A DNA stretch of 32,170 nucleotides from Methanomassiliicoccaceae archaeon. Lineage in GTDB: Archaea > Thermoplasmatota > Thermoplasmata > Methanomassiliicoccales > UBA472. This document shows, piece after piece, positions 1 to 9,180 of the stretch. The notes under the pieces are model-generated. The model was not told the origin of the DNA, did not search any database, and saw only the letters and a program-made list of their open reading frames with translations. The stretch covers positions 1 to 32,170 of the forward strand of contig JACXTP010000121.1 of NCBI GenBank assembly GCA_016919625.1. Direction: 5' to 3'. The position numbers and the translations under genes were made by a program. Position 1 is the first letter of the stretch. Each line of letters opens with the position of its first letter.

Positions 1-971
1 ACCAGCTCTTCGGGAATCAGTTTGGTCGGGTCCAGATGATCGAACGGAAACTTATCCGCCTCCTCTTGCGTGAAAAGCTGGACAGCAAATTCCCACTCGG
101 GATAGTTGCCCGATTCGATCGCCTGGAACATGTCGCGGCGATGATAGTCCTGGTCGGCACCGCAAATCTTGACTGTCTCGTCCCAGATCGTGGACTGCAA
201 ACCTAGCTTGGGGCGCCAATGGAATTTGACGAAGGTCGATTCCCCTGAAGCGTTGATCAGCCGGAAGGTATGGACGCCAAAACCTTCCATCATGCGCAGT
301 GAACGCGGTAATGTGCGATCAGACATGATCCACATCACCATGTGCATGGATTCTGGTGTAAGGGAAATATAATCCCAGAATGTATCGTGTGCTGTTGCAG
401 ATTGGGGGAAGCCGCGGTCCGGCTCCATCTTCACAGCATGAATGAGGTCAGGGAACTTGATGGCGTCCTGAATGAAGAACACCGGTACATTATTTCCCAC
501 CAGGTCCCAGTTGCCTTCCTTCGTGTAGAACTTGACGGCAAATCCGCGAACGTCACGCGGTGTGTCCACTGAACCCGCGCCTCCAGCGACGGTAGAGAAA
601 CGTGCGAACAGGGGCGTTTTCTCACCCAATTCAGTTAGTATCTTGGCCGTGGTATACTTCTTTAAAGAGTCTGTCAGCTCGAAGAATCCGTGGATGCCTG
701 TCCCTCGCGCATGCACGATGCGTTCGGGGATGCGCTCATGATCGAAATGCATGATCTTTTCTCGAAGGACAAAATCCTCCAAGAGGGTGGGGCCGCGAGG
801 ATTGGCCCGGAGCGAGTTCTGGTTATCGGAGATCGGGACGCCCTGGTTCGTGGTGAGCTGGGAGTGTTCCCCTTGGGCGATCTGGTGAAGTTCACCACCC
901 TGGCGTGGTTGTAAATCGGCTTTCACCTTTGAACTCTTTTCCTGTTTGTTTCTCTTGGAGCGGACTTGCAT
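1..971 (-). CDS. katE: Catalase, large-subunit HPII/KatE type (partial; continues past the window start)
   Basis: Manual translation from ATG at 971: MQVRSK...[52 protein letters not shown]... (distal-His motif), then ...[29 protein letters not shown]...[11 protein letters not shown] at the edge. Absent from the ORF track because its stop lies outside the window. Confidence 0.93.
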   Translation of the reverse strand, partial: MQVRSKRNKQEKSSKVKADLQPRQGGELHQIAQGEHSQLTTNQGVPISDNQNSLRANPRGPTLLEDFVLREKIMHFDHERIPERIVHARGTGIHGFFELTDSLKKYTTAKILTELGEKTPLFARFSTVAGGAGSVDTPRDVRGFAVKFYTKEGNWDLVGNNVPVFFIQDAIKFPDLIHAVKMEPDRGFPQSATAHDTFWDYISLTPESMHMVMWIMSDRTLPRSLRMMEGFGVHTFRLINASGESTFVKFHWRPKLGLQSTIWDETVKICGADQDYHRRDMFQAIESGNYPEWEFAVQLFTQEEADKFPFDHLDPTKLIPEEL

Positions 972-1028
972 ACCTTTTACTTCTAATTCATCTGTAATTA
1001 ATCTTTCCCATCTTCTTAACAAATAAAC

Positions 1029-1563
1029 CTCAGGCCTTAGCGTGAGTGGCCTCACCCTGCCAAGGCCAACCAGGATTGGGTCAAGATGCATGCATCCATT
1101 GAAAGGGAGTCTTCTAAATCCTGTGCTTCCATCTGAACGAGTAATTTGCATGGTGGCCTAATGTTAGGGAAGGTGTGAAATCACATGCCCTCGAATGTCG
1201 AACCAAATATGAGCCTGGCTGATTCAGCTTACTACGGAAACGCGAACATTGAAACGACATTGAAACACTGAGCCTGCCGCTTCACAGGATCAACAAAAAC
1301 GCCGTTTCTCGGCGCACCCGATAAAACTAAACGCATGGTCAATTTCATCTTCAACTTCCCTAGAATCTATCAGCCATTATACGGCAATCGCACTCATGCT
1401 GTAGCGACCTTCAGCATGCTCGATAACCGTTTCAATTACCGACTCCGATCTCGTTCAACGATCGTTCGAAAGAACAAGGTCCAATGTAAAGTGGTTTGTC
1501 ACACTATTCGGATGCTAGCTTGGAACTCTCTCAAAATTTCAAATCGAGTTTAGCGTCAAAGCC
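1029..1563 (+). mobile_element. Decayed IS5-family (IS903-like/DDE_Tnp_1) transposase remnant with a putative right terminal inverted repeat
   Basis: One + frame gives [11 protein letters not shown] (1071, WxKxH), SLADSAYYGNANIE (1212, ADxAY) and YGNRTHAVATFSMLDNRFNYRLRSRS...NKVQCKVVCHTIRML (degenerate YREK helix). Stops interrupt it at 1038, 1134, 1176 and 1269. The end 1549-1563 reads GGCTTTGACGCTAAA on the minus strand, resembling IS903-group GGCTTTG ends. Confidence 0.7.
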
Positions 1564-1643
1564 ATTAATCCATGATCTCTTCCAGAAAATTCATAATGCT
1601 TCATGCAGGGTCTTTTGATTTTGAATTGAAAGATGGAGTCCAT

Positions 1644-1650
1644 AAAAAAA
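1644..1650 (-). terminator. Oligo-T terminator of the NADH oxidase gene
   Basis: A7 on the + strand (T7 on minus) about 10 nt after the stop at 1661; archaeal-type terminator. Confidence 0.45.
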
Positions 1651-1660
1651 GATTCTTCCA

Positions 1661-3010
1661 TCAGAGATTGGCGACCAGGTCGTCCACCGCTTCGTTGACC
1701 ACGTCCCTGACCATGGATACGGGGGGACAATAAGCATTCTCGAACCCCGCCTGGAATTCCTCTGCGGTCACCCCTTTGACAATTGCCGCGCCGATCCAAT
1801 TGATCCTGCCGGTGACCTCCTCTCCCCCCACGATCTGCGCCCCGATCAGTTTATGGGTGGAGGCGTCCGCTAGCACCTTAACGGTCAGTGGCTTGCCGCC
1901 GGGATAGTAACGGGCCCGGGTCATGCCGTGGGCCTTGCCCTCCACGACCTTGACGCCATAATAGTCGGCCAGGCCACGAGACATGCCCACACCCCCCACT
2001 TGGACCTCGCCTATGACGCTGACAAAGGGACTGGCCACCCCTGGGTATTGGGCATAGCCCCCCGCGGCGTTGATGCCGGCCACCCGCCCTTGGCGGACTG
2101 CCGAGGAACCCAGCTGGCTCAGGGTCGGACCGGGAAGGATGGCGCTCTCACACGAAACCACGTCCCCCGCGAGATATAGGTCTTTGACCAACCTGCCTTT
2201 GCGATAGGGCTGCATGGAGGCAGAAACACGGACCGCCCCCAATGGACCAATTTCCAGACCAATATGGTTGGCGAGCTCCAGATTGGGCCGTACGCCGGTG
2301 GCCAATATGACCATCTGACAGGGCACCTCCTTTGCTGCGACCTTGATACCTTCCACCATGCCATTGCCGATGATGGCTCCCAAAGGCGAGCCCATAATGA
2401 ACTTGATGCCCAGGCTTTCACAGTGCGCCTGGACCAACCGCGCCATATCCTCATCGAAAAGTCGTGGTATGGCCTGGTCGAACATCTCCACCACCGTGAC
2501 CTGCTTGCCCCGGTGGCGCAACGCTATGGCCATCTCCAATCCGATGACGCCTGCCCCGGCGACCACCACGGACTGGACCTCGTCCAATGCCGACAATATC
2601 TTCTCCCCATCCTTGAGCCAGCGCACAGGATATACGCCGGGCAGCTTGACCCCTTCCACCGGCGGGACGAAGACCGTTCCCCCTGGCGCCAGGATCAGCG
2701 AGTCGAAGTTGATGTTGGTACCATCATGTAATGTCAGGAGCTTAGCCTCGAGGTCCACACGTATGACCTTGGTCCTCACATGCACCTCGATCCTCCGTTC
2801 TTTGCGATACCATTCCGGGGTGTGCATGACTATGGATCGGAAGTCCTTGATCCGCCCTTCGATGACAAATGGTATGGCGCAAGGCGAGTAGGCGACGTGC
2901 TCGTCCTCGGTGAAGAGCGTGATCTCTGCCTCTGAGTCCTTCTCCCGGGCGGAGGAAGCAGCGGTCATCCCTGCCGCTCCCGAGCCTATCACTGCAATGC
3001 GCTTGGCCAT
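1661..3010 (-). CDS. FAD-dependent NADH oxidase / CoA-disulfide reductase family flavoprotein
   Basis: N-terminal GSGAAG FAD motif, single redox Cys in YSPCAIP, second GAGVIGLE dinucleotide motif, ATGVRPN, YLAGD and a C-terminal dimerisation domain (AYCPP). Confidence 0.88.
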   Translation of the reverse strand: MAKRIAVIGSGAAGMTAASSAREKDSEAEITLFTEDEHVAYSPCAIPFVIEGRIKDFRSIVMHTPEWYRKERRIEVHVRTKVIRVDLEAKLLTLHDGTNINFDSLILAPGGTVFVPPVEGVKLPGVYPVRWLKDGEKILSALDEVQSVVVAGAGVIGLEMAIALRHRGKQVTVVEMFDQAIPRLFDEDMARLVQAHCESLGIKFIMGSPLGAIIGNGMVEGIKVAAKEVPCQMVILATGVRPNLELANHIGLEIGPLGAVRVSASMQPYRKGRLVKDLYLAGDVVSCESAILPGPTLSQLGSSAVRQGRVAGINAAGGYAQYPGVASPFVSVIGEVQVGGVGMSRGLADYYGVKVVEGKAHGMTRARYYPGGKPLTVKVLADASTHKLIGAQIVGGEEVTGRINWIGAAIVKGVTAEEFQAGFENAYCPPVSMVRDVVNEAVDDLVANL

Positions 3011-3043
3011 CTCAAAGACCTCTCCAGTTGATTCTTGACCCTT

Positions 3044-3093
3044 GATATAAATTGTTCCACGTTGTGATGCCGCGCCACAATATGGTTTATATC
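3044..3093. promoter_or_regulatory. Back-to-back divergent TATA boxes with a central palindrome
   Basis: GATATAAA at 3044-3051 and TTTATATC at 3086-3093 lie about 33-37 nt upstream of the two divergent ATGs. TTGTG-N9-CACAA lies between them (3062-3080). Confidence 0.55.
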
Positions 3094-3130
3094 GGAGGGG
3101 GCAATGACCGCATCATCAGGTTGATGTGAC

Positions 3131-4126
3131 ATGAGGAGCACTAGGACTATCGACCGCACGTCGCCAGTGGCGATCTGGAAGGAGGAGGACATGATCGGAG
3201 GGGAGCGTGTCAAGGCCATGGTGGCCATCCTCCGCACCAAGGGCTGTTGGTGGTCCAAGAGCGGAGGCTGCTCCATGTGCGGTTACAACGTGGAGAGCAC
3301 CGATGTCTCCGTCGATGACCTCAAGGCTCAGTTGGCCAAGCTGCTCGATCGATACGATGGAGAGCCGATGCTCAAGGTCTACACCTCGGGTAGCTTCCTT
3401 GACGAGAACGAGGTCCCTTCGACAATAAAGGGGGAACTATTCGATTCCTTCCCGAGGGTCAGGCGTTTTCTGATTGAGTCCCGGCCGGAGTTCGTCGTAG
3501 AGTCGACCATCGATTCCCTGCCGAAGGGAAGGTCGGCGATCGCGTTGGGTTTAGAGAGCGCAGACGACGATGTGCTGGACCGGTCTGTGCGCAAGGGCTT
3601 CCACCTCAATGATTATCAGAGGGCTGCCGATGTTCTCGCATCAGGCTCCGTCCCGTTGCGTACCTACCTATTGCTCAAGCCGCCATACCTGACCGAGGCC
3701 CGGGCCATCAAGGACACGACCGCATCGATCGAAGTGGCACGGAGGACCTCGGAAACGATTTCCATCAACCCGCTCAATGTGCAATCCCACACTTTGGTCG
3801 AGGCCTTGTGGCGCCGGGGCGACTACCGCCCCCCTTGGTTGTGGTCCTTGGTCGAGGTTTTGCGCTGCACCGCGGGCAAGGGCGGCCCAAGGATATTGTC
3901 CACCCCCAGTGGCGGAGGCACTCCCCGAGGGGTGCACAATTGTGGCAAGTGCGACAGAAAGATACTTGATGCGGTCGAGCGTTTCTCCTATACCCAGGAC
4001 GTCCGGGAACTAGACGGGCTGGAATGTGGGTGTCGCCATGAATGGGAGGGGCTGCTGCTCTACCAGGACCGGATGCGAACGGCGGTGGACCTGGACCGAC
4101 ATCTAGGGAGCGATCAAGAACGTTGA
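3131..4126 (+). CDS. Archaeosine biosynthesis radical SAM protein RaSEA (TIGR01210-like)
   Basis: ILRTKGCWWSKSGGCSMCGY variant radical SAM Cys motif, YTSGSFLD, ESRPEF, GLES, LLLKPP, YRPPWLWS and GxHNCGKCD. Confidence 0.85.
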   Translation: MRSTRTIDRTSPVAIWKEEDMIGGERVKAMVAILRTKGCWWSKSGGCSMCGYNVESTDVSVDDLKAQLAKLLDRYDGEPMLKVYTSGSFLDENEVPSTIKGELFDSFPRVRRFLIESRPEFVVESTIDSLPKGRSAIALGLESADDDVLDRSVRKGFHLNDYQRAADVLASGSVPLRTYLLLKPPYLTEARAIKDTTASIEVARRTSETISINPLNVQSHTLVEALWRRGDYRPPWLWSLVEVLRCTAGKGGPRILSTPSGGGTPRGVHNCGKCDRKILDAVERFSYTQDVRELDGLECGCRHEWEGLLLYQDRMRTAVDLDRHLGSDQER

Positions 4127-4135
4127 CATGGAGGG

Positions 4136-4462
4136 ATGGCTATGGACTACGATATCAAGAAGGGGAAGTACTCGGACTTGGAAGGCGAAGGGCTGAAGAA
4201 GATCGTGGCGGAGACCATAGGGAACGCCACGATGGAAGGGGACCTGGTGGTCGCCTCCTTCGGAGCGCTTGATCGAATGGAGACCAAGGTGATCAGCAAG
4301 ACCGCATTGTCCGTGTGCACCAAGATGAAGAAGGATGTCAGCGAGGAAGTGGCCACCGAGACCATAAAGCGCTACAATCAGTTCCTTGAGGCCGCCACCG
4401 GGTTCAACGCCAAGGAAAGGGGCAAGCGGGCGCAGAAGAAGGCGAAGGAAGACAAAGCTTGA
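4136..4462 (+). CDS. Small conserved archaeal protein (DUF5611-like)
   Basis: MDYDIKKG start, ASFGAL, and YNQFLEAATGFNAKERGKR C-terminus; GGAGG Shine-Dalgarno (SD) sequence upstream. Confidence 0.7.
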   Translation: MAMDYDIKKGKYSDLEGEGLKKIVAETIGNATMEGDLVVASFGALDRMETKVISKTALSVCTKMKKDVSEEVATETIKRYNQFLEAATGFNAKERGKRAQKKAKEDKA

Positions 4463-4481
4463 TAGTGGCCAGATTTGGCCT

Positions 4482-4510
4482 GCCGAGGCTTCCCTCGGCC
4501 TGTTTTTATT
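4482..4510 (+). terminator. Hairpin plus U-tract terminator
   Basis: GCCGAGG-CTTC-CCTCGGC (7-bp stem) followed by CTGTTTTTATT. Confidence 0.6.
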
Positions 4511-4530
4511 TATATACCCCTACCACACAG

Positions 4531-4542
4531 TATAAATATAAG
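4531..4542 (+). promoter_or_regulatory. TATA box of the ribosomal superoperon
   Basis: TATAAATATAAG in an AT-rich patch; implies a transcription start (TSS) near 4556-4562. A second TTTATATA lies at 4509-4516. Confidence 0.55.
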
Positions 4543-4557
4543 TATCCTTATGCGAGG

Positions 4558-4747
4558 TTGCTCAACGCGATAAGGACGTTCGACCAGACTCCTTGGGCAA
4601 TGCGCGAGCAACCCTTAACCGCCAACCGATTAAGTTCTGGGGGGCGACATCAGAGTCACGGTCGAAGGTGCGGATCTCAACACTCGTGAGAATGGGCGTT
4701 AGCAAGAACAGAGAGTTTGCTCTCTCGGCAAGCAGAGAGGGAGACAT
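4558..4747 (+). promoter_or_regulatory. Structured 5' leader RNA of the rpl3 operon (candidate ribosomal-protein leader)
   Basis: Nested stems 4558-4568/4696-4705, 4579-4585/4660-4666, 4587-4591/4653-4657 and 4675-4679/4687-4691, plus alternative pairings over the SD region. Confidence 0.5.
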
Positions 4748-5749
4748 ATGCCGAACAAAAGACGTCCGCGACAGGGCTCCATGGCGTTTTCGCCAAGAAA
4801 GAGAGCTTCGAGACAAACACCTAAAATGGACCACTGGCCCGAGATCAGCGAAGGCCCGAAGGTCCAGGGATTTGCCGGCTACAAGGCCGGCATGACGCAC
4901 GCTATGATGGTCGATTACCGCAAGTCCAGCACCACTGCTGGCCAGGAGATCAAGATCCCGGTCACAGTGCTGGAGGTCCCGCCTATGAAGGTGGCCGCGG
5001 TGCGACTGTACGAGAACACCCGCTACGGCCTGAGGACCGCTGGAGAGGTCTGGGCCGCTAGCATCGACGAGACGCTGTCCCGCCGCCTGCCCATACCCAA
5101 GAACTACGACCAGGGCAAGGCTTGGGAGAAAGTGAAGGAGGTCGATGTGGAGGATATCCGCATCCTCGCCTACACCCAGCCCAAGATGGTGAAGGGCGTC
5201 CCGAAGAAGGTCCCCGAGCTCATGGAGCTCCGCATTGGGGGCGGCACCATGGATGCGCGCATGGAGTATGCGAAGGGCATCCTGGGCAAGGACATTGGCA
5301 TCGCCGACTTCGCCAAAGAGGGCGCGTTGATCGATGTGTCCGCTGTCACCAACGGAAAAGGCTTCCAGGGCGCCGTGAAACGCTGGGGCCTGAAGCTTCT
5401 ACACCACAAGAACAGCAAGCATCGCCGCATGGTCGGTACCTTGGCCCCGAAGAGGCCTGGTTACGTCCGTGAGACCGTGCCCCAGGCCGGTCAGATGGGC
5501 TACCACCAGAGGACCGAGGTCAACAAGCGCATACTCAAGATCGGTGAGAAGGGTGAGGAGATCAACCCGAAAGGCGGCTTCGTCCTGTATGGACTGGTCA
5601 ACAACCCATATGTTCTGCTGCACGGCTCCGTGCCCGGCCCGACCAAGAGACTGGTCCGGCTGAGGGACCCGGTACGTAAGCAGGGCGTGGACCTGAAGGA
5701 GGCGCCAAGTATGACGTACGTCTCCGTGGAATCTAAGCAGGGGGCGTAA
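4748..5749 (+). CDS. rpl3: 50S ribosomal protein uL3
   Basis: RPRQGSMAFSPRKRA, FAGYKAGMTH, GKGFQGAVKRWG, GQMGYHQRT. Confidence 0.98.
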   Translation: MPNKRRPRQGSMAFSPRKRASRQTPKMDHWPEISEGPKVQGFAGYKAGMTHAMMVDYRKSSTTAGQEIKIPVTVLEVPPMKVAAVRLYENTRYGLRTAGEVWAASIDETLSRRLPIPKNYDQGKAWEKVKEVDVEDIRILAYTQPKMVKGVPKKVPELMELRIGGGTMDARMEYAKGILGKDIGIADFAKEGALIDVSAVTNGKGFQGAVKRWGLKLLHHKNSKHRRMVGTLAPKRPGYVRETVPQAGQMGYHQRTEVNKRILKIGEKGEEINPKGGFVLYGLVNNPYVLLHGSVPGPTKRLVRLRDPVRKQGVDLKEAPSMTYVSVESKQGA

Positions 5750-5752
5750 GCA

Positions 5753-6532
5753 ATGGCTGTTAAGAAAGGTAACATCAACGTTTATTCCGTAAAGGGCGAC
5801 GTGGTCAAGACCATGGACCTGCCCGAGGTGTTCGCCACCGAGTTCCGTCCGGACGTCATCCGGAAGGCCGTTGTGGCAGAGGAGGCCAACCGCCGCCAGC
5901 CCTACGGTTCCAAGCCCGGGGCCGGTATCAGGCACGCGGTGTCCACCTGGGGCAAGGGAAGGGGCGTCGCCCGTGTGCAGCGCCTCACCCAGGGAGCGAA
6001 GGCCGCAGAGTCCCCTAACAACGTGGGCGGACGCCGGGCCTTCCCACCCAAGGCGGAGAAGGACTGGTCCAAGAAGGTCAACCGTAAGGAGAGGGCATTG
6101 GCCCGCTCCTCCGCTTTGGCCGCCGCCTCCGATGTGGAGACGGTCAAGAAAAGGGGGCACAAGTTCGACGAGAAGGTCACGCTCCCGGTCGTCATCGAGG
6201 ACGACGTGGAGGGACTGAAGAGCACCTCTGACGTCATGGAGACCCTGCGCAGCATCGGGCTGGAGCAGGACATAGTGCGCAGCAAGGAGGGCAAGCACGT
6301 ACGGGCTGGCCGCGGAAAGATGCGGTCCAGGCGGTACAAGTCGCCCCGCTCAATGCTCATAGTCGTCTCCAACGAGAAGGCAGACCTGTTCACCGGGGCC
6401 AAGAACATCCCCGGAGTGGAGATCGCTTACGCAGACAAGTTGAACGCGGGCATCCTGGCCCCGGGCGGAATGCCTGGGCGCCTGACCGTTTTCTCCGAGT
6501 CCGCCATCAAGAAGGTAGGAGAGTGGTGCTGA
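5753..6532 (+). CDS. rpl4: 50S ribosomal protein uL4
   Basis: RPDVIRKAV, WGKGRGVARV, VGGRRAFPP, RAGRGKMR, LAPGGMPGRL. Confidence 0.98.
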   Translation: MAVKKGNINVYSVKGDVVKTMDLPEVFATEFRPDVIRKAVVAEEANRRQPYGSKPGAGIRHAVSTWGKGRGVARVQRLTQGAKAAESPNNVGGRRAFPPKAEKDWSKKVNRKERALARSSALAAASDVETVKKRGHKFDEKVTLPVVIEDDVEGLKSTSDVMETLRSIGLEQDIVRSKEGKHVRAGRGKMRSRRYKSPRSMLIVVSNEKADLFTGAKNIPGVEIAYADKLNAGILAPGGMPGRLTVFSESAIKKVGEWC

Positions 6533-6810
6533 TGCCAAAGAAGGTCCTATTGCACCCGTTCGTCACAGAGAAGACCATGAACCAGATGACTGGCTCCCCG
6601 GCCTTGGATTACAAGGACGGGAACAAGCTCGAGTTCATCGTGATGCGCACCGCCACCAAAGCGGATATCAAGGCCGCCTTCGAGGAGCAGTTCCAATGCA
6701 AGGTCGAGAAGGTTTGGACCAAGACCGCCCGGGACGGCAAGCACGCCGTCGTGAAGTTGGCTGAAGGCTACTCTGCCGAGGACATCGGCATGAGGATCGG
6801 AGTGTTCTGA
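6532..6810 (+). CDS. rpl23: 50S ribosomal protein uL23
   Basis: HPFVTEK...NKLEFIV...KADIKAAFE...AEDIGMRIGVF. ATG overlaps the rpl4 stop (TGATG). Confidence 0.95.
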   Translation: MPKKVLLHPFVTEKTMNQMTGSPALDYKDGNKLEFIVMRTATKADIKAAFEEQFQCKVEKVWTKTARDGKHAVVKLAEGYSAEDIGMRIGVF

Positions 6811-6820
6811 GGGGATTGAC

Positions 6821-7525
6821 ATGGGAAAGAACCTTAGACAGCAGAGGCGCGGGCACGGCGGTATGACCTACCGTTCCCCGAGCCACAGGCATGTGGGCGA
6901 CATTCGCCTCCCGCTTCCTTCCATGAAGGACGGGAAGATCGTGGACATAATGCACGCCCCCGGGCGCCTATGCCCGGTGGTCAAGGTCAACTTCGCCGGC
7001 GAGAACAACATCATGTTGGCGGCCGAGGGAGTGATGGTGGGCCAGGAGGTCTCCGTCGATGGGGATGGCTCAATAGCGGCCGGTAACGTCATGCCTCTGG
7101 CCAACATCCCTGAGGGTACCCTCGTATTCAATATAGAGGGACGCCCCGGCGACGGCGGCAAGTACGTTAAGGCAGCCGGTAGCTCGGCCACGATCGTGAC
7201 CAAGGGCGAGCGTGTGGTCATGCTCATGCCCTCTGGAGATTTCAAGAACTTTGACTCGCGCTGCCGCGCCACCGTTGGCATCGTAGCTGGCGGAGGCCAC
7301 GGGGAGAAGCCCTTCGGTAAGTCGGGTAACAAGTTCCATGCCTACAGAAGCAGGAGCAAGGCGTATTTCAAGGTCAAGGGTATCGCCATGAACCCGGTGG
7401 ACCACCCCCATGGAGGTGGCGGTCACCCGCACGTCGGCAAACCCAGCACTGTGTCGAGGAACGCCCCACCAGGACGTAAGGTAGGTAGGCTCTCACCACA
7501 GAAGAAAAAGAAAGGGAAGAGGTGA
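6821..7525 (+). CDS. rpl2: 50S ribosomal protein uL2
   Basis: MGKNLRQQRRG, AMNPVDHPHGGG, APPGRKVG. Confidence 0.98.
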   Translation: MGKNLRQQRRGHGGMTYRSPSHRHVGDIRLPLPSMKDGKIVDIMHAPGRLCPVVKVNFAGENNIMLAAEGVMVGQEVSVDGDGSIAAGNVMPLANIPEGTLVFNIEGRPGDGGKYVKAAGSSATIVTKGERVVMLMPSGDFKNFDSRCRATVGIVAGGGHGEKPFGKSGNKFHAYRSRSKAYFKVKGIAMNPVDHPHGGGGHPHVGKPSTVSRNAPPGRKVGRLSPQKKKKGKR

Positions 7526-7531
7526 CCATAA

Positions 7532-7993
7532 ATGGCTGAAGATAAGCTCACCGGAACGAAGTCCTCCCGCAGGAAGCAGCGCAAGAAGAAGACGCTGATC
7601 ACTGGTCGCAGGAAGAAGGAGTTCACCTACCGCGGTTTCACCATGGAGCAGTTGCAGGAGATGCCCTTCGAGGAGGTCCTGGAGCTGATGCCCAGCCGCA
7701 TCAGGAGGACATTCGTTCGCGGGTTCAATGAGGAACAGAAGACCGCCTTCGACAAGATCAAGTCCGGGGAACATGACGTGGTGCGCACGCACCGCAGGGA
7801 CATACCCATCATCCCGGAGTTCGTCGGAAGGAAGGTCGCGGTGTACAACGGCAAGGAGTTCAAGGAGATCGAGATCAGGCCTGAGATGATCGGGCACTAT
7901 CTGGGCGAGTTCAGCATGACCAGGAAATCCGTCAAGCACTCGGGTCCAGGTGTCGGTGCCACACGTTCGTCCAAGTTCCTGCCGCTCAAGTGA
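7532..7993 (+). CDS. rps19: 30S ribosomal protein uS19
   Basis: EFTYRG, RTHRRD, YNGKEF, EMIGHYLGEF, GVGATRSSKFLPLK. Confidence 0.98.
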   Translation: MAEDKLTGTKSSRRKQRKKKTLITGRRKKEFTYRGFTMEQLQEMPFEEVLELMPSRIRRTFVRGFNEEQKTAFDKIKSGEHDVVRTHRRDIPIIPEFVGRKVAVYNGKEFKEIEIRPEMIGHYLGEFSMTRKSVKHSGPGVGATRSSKFLPLK

Positions 7994-8004
7994 GGTGTGT
8001 TGCA

Positions 8005-8451
8005 ATGGTTGGATACACAATGGAAGCTGATGCGGACACGACCTCTAGGGCGATAGGGAAGGAGATGCAAATCTCCCCCAAGTTCTCCCGTGAGATCTGT
8101 CGCATGTTGAAGGGCAAGCCCGTCAACGACGCCCTGAAGATGCTGGAGGAAGTGGTCGAGCTTACCCGCCCGGTCCCCATCCGCCGCTACAACATCGGCG
8201 TGGCGCACAAGCAGGGAGTGGGGCCGGGTCGCTACCCGGTGAAGGCCGCCAAGGCCATTCACAAGGTGATCGAGAGCGCTAAGTCCAACGCCGAGTACAA
8301 AGGCTTGGACGCGGACAACATGCGCGTCAAGGTCGTCGCCGCACACCTAGGCCGGACCATAGCTGGCTATATGCCCAGGGCGCACGGACGCAGCACCCCC
8401 TGGAATCAGCAGACCGTGAACATTGAGGTAATCTTGGAGGAGATGAGCTAA
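8005..8451 (+). CDS. rpl22: 50S ribosomal protein uL22
   Basis: ISPKFSREIC, GRYPVKAA, PRAHGR; ATG at 8005 follows a GAGGTG SD. Confidence 0.97.
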   Translation: MVGYTMEADADTTSRAIGKEMQISPKFSREICRMLKGKPVNDALKMLEEVVELTRPVPIRRYNIGVAHKQGVGPGRYPVKAAKAIHKVIESAKSNAEYKGLDADNMRVKVVAAHLGRTIAGYMPRAHGRSTPWNQQTVNIEVILEEMS

Positions 8452-9180
8452 ATGGCAAGCGAGAGAAAGTTCATCGCTGAGAACATCCGGAGGGTGCTCC
8501 TCAAAGAGTACCTTATGCACACCGTCGACCGCGCTGGCTTCGGAGGAGTGGACGTGCAGCGCACCCCAATGGGTACGCGCGTCACGCTCACCACAGAGAG
8601 GCCAGGCATCGTCATAGGGCGGAAAGGCTCCGCCATCAAGATGCTCACCACTGAGATCGAGAGGCGGTTCAAGTACGACAACCCCCAGATCGAGGTGCAA
8701 GAGGTAGAGGACCCCAACCTGAACGCCCAGATCATGGCAGACAAGCTCGCCTTCGCGCTGGAGCGCGGCTGGCACTTCCGCCGGGCCGGGCACAGCACCG
8801 TGCGCCGCATCATGGACTCCGGGGCCAGAGGATGTCTCATCATCATATCCGGCAAGCTGACTGGGGAGAGGCACCGCACTGAGAAGTTCAAAGAGGGCTA
8901 CATTAAGTACTGCGGCGAGACCCGCCTGCAGTTCGTCAAGACCGGGTTCGCCGTAGCTAAGCTCAAACCTGGCGTAATCGGCGTCAAGGTCGAGATCATG
9001 GACCCGGACGCTAGGTTGCCCGCCGAGATCGATGTCCTGAACCTGGAACAGGCCAAGACGGCCCTCCCGGACATGGTGGAGCAGTTGACACCGAAGGACA
9101 CCTTGATCGACGCCACCGTACCTTTGGACCAATCCCGAACGGAATCCGACTTGGATGACGAGAAGGAGGTGTCCAGCTGA
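8452..9180 (+). CDS. rps3: 30S ribosomal protein uS3
   Basis: KH domain RPGIVIGRKG, LERGWHFRRAG, SGKLTGER, GVIGVKV. Confidence 0.98.
   Translation: MASERKFIAENIRRVLLKEYLMHTVDRAGFGGVDVQRTPMGTRVTLTTERPGIVIGRKGSAIKMLTTEIERRFKYDNPQIEVQEVEDPNLNAQIMADKLAFALERGWHFRRAGHSTVRRIMDSGARGCLIIISGKLTGERHRTEKFKEGYIKYCGETRLQFVKTGFAVAKLKPGVIGVKVEIMDPDARLPAEIDVLNLEQAKTALPDMVEQLTPKDTLIDATVPLDQSRTESDLDDEKEVSS

Noticed and set aside
1098..1632. Five ATTGAAA(C/G) words resembling CRISPR repeat 3' ends (1098, 1248, 1259, 1429 reverse, 1625), including tandem ACATTGAAAC
   Set aside because: Spacing is irregular, the flanks share no similarity and no cas genes are present. Most copies fall within the transposase remnant.
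4558..4747. rpl3 upstream region as SRP RNA, RNase P RNA or tRNA
   Set aside because: Too short for SRP or RNase P RNA, lacks their conserved motifs, and has no cloverleaf. Kept only as a candidate leader.
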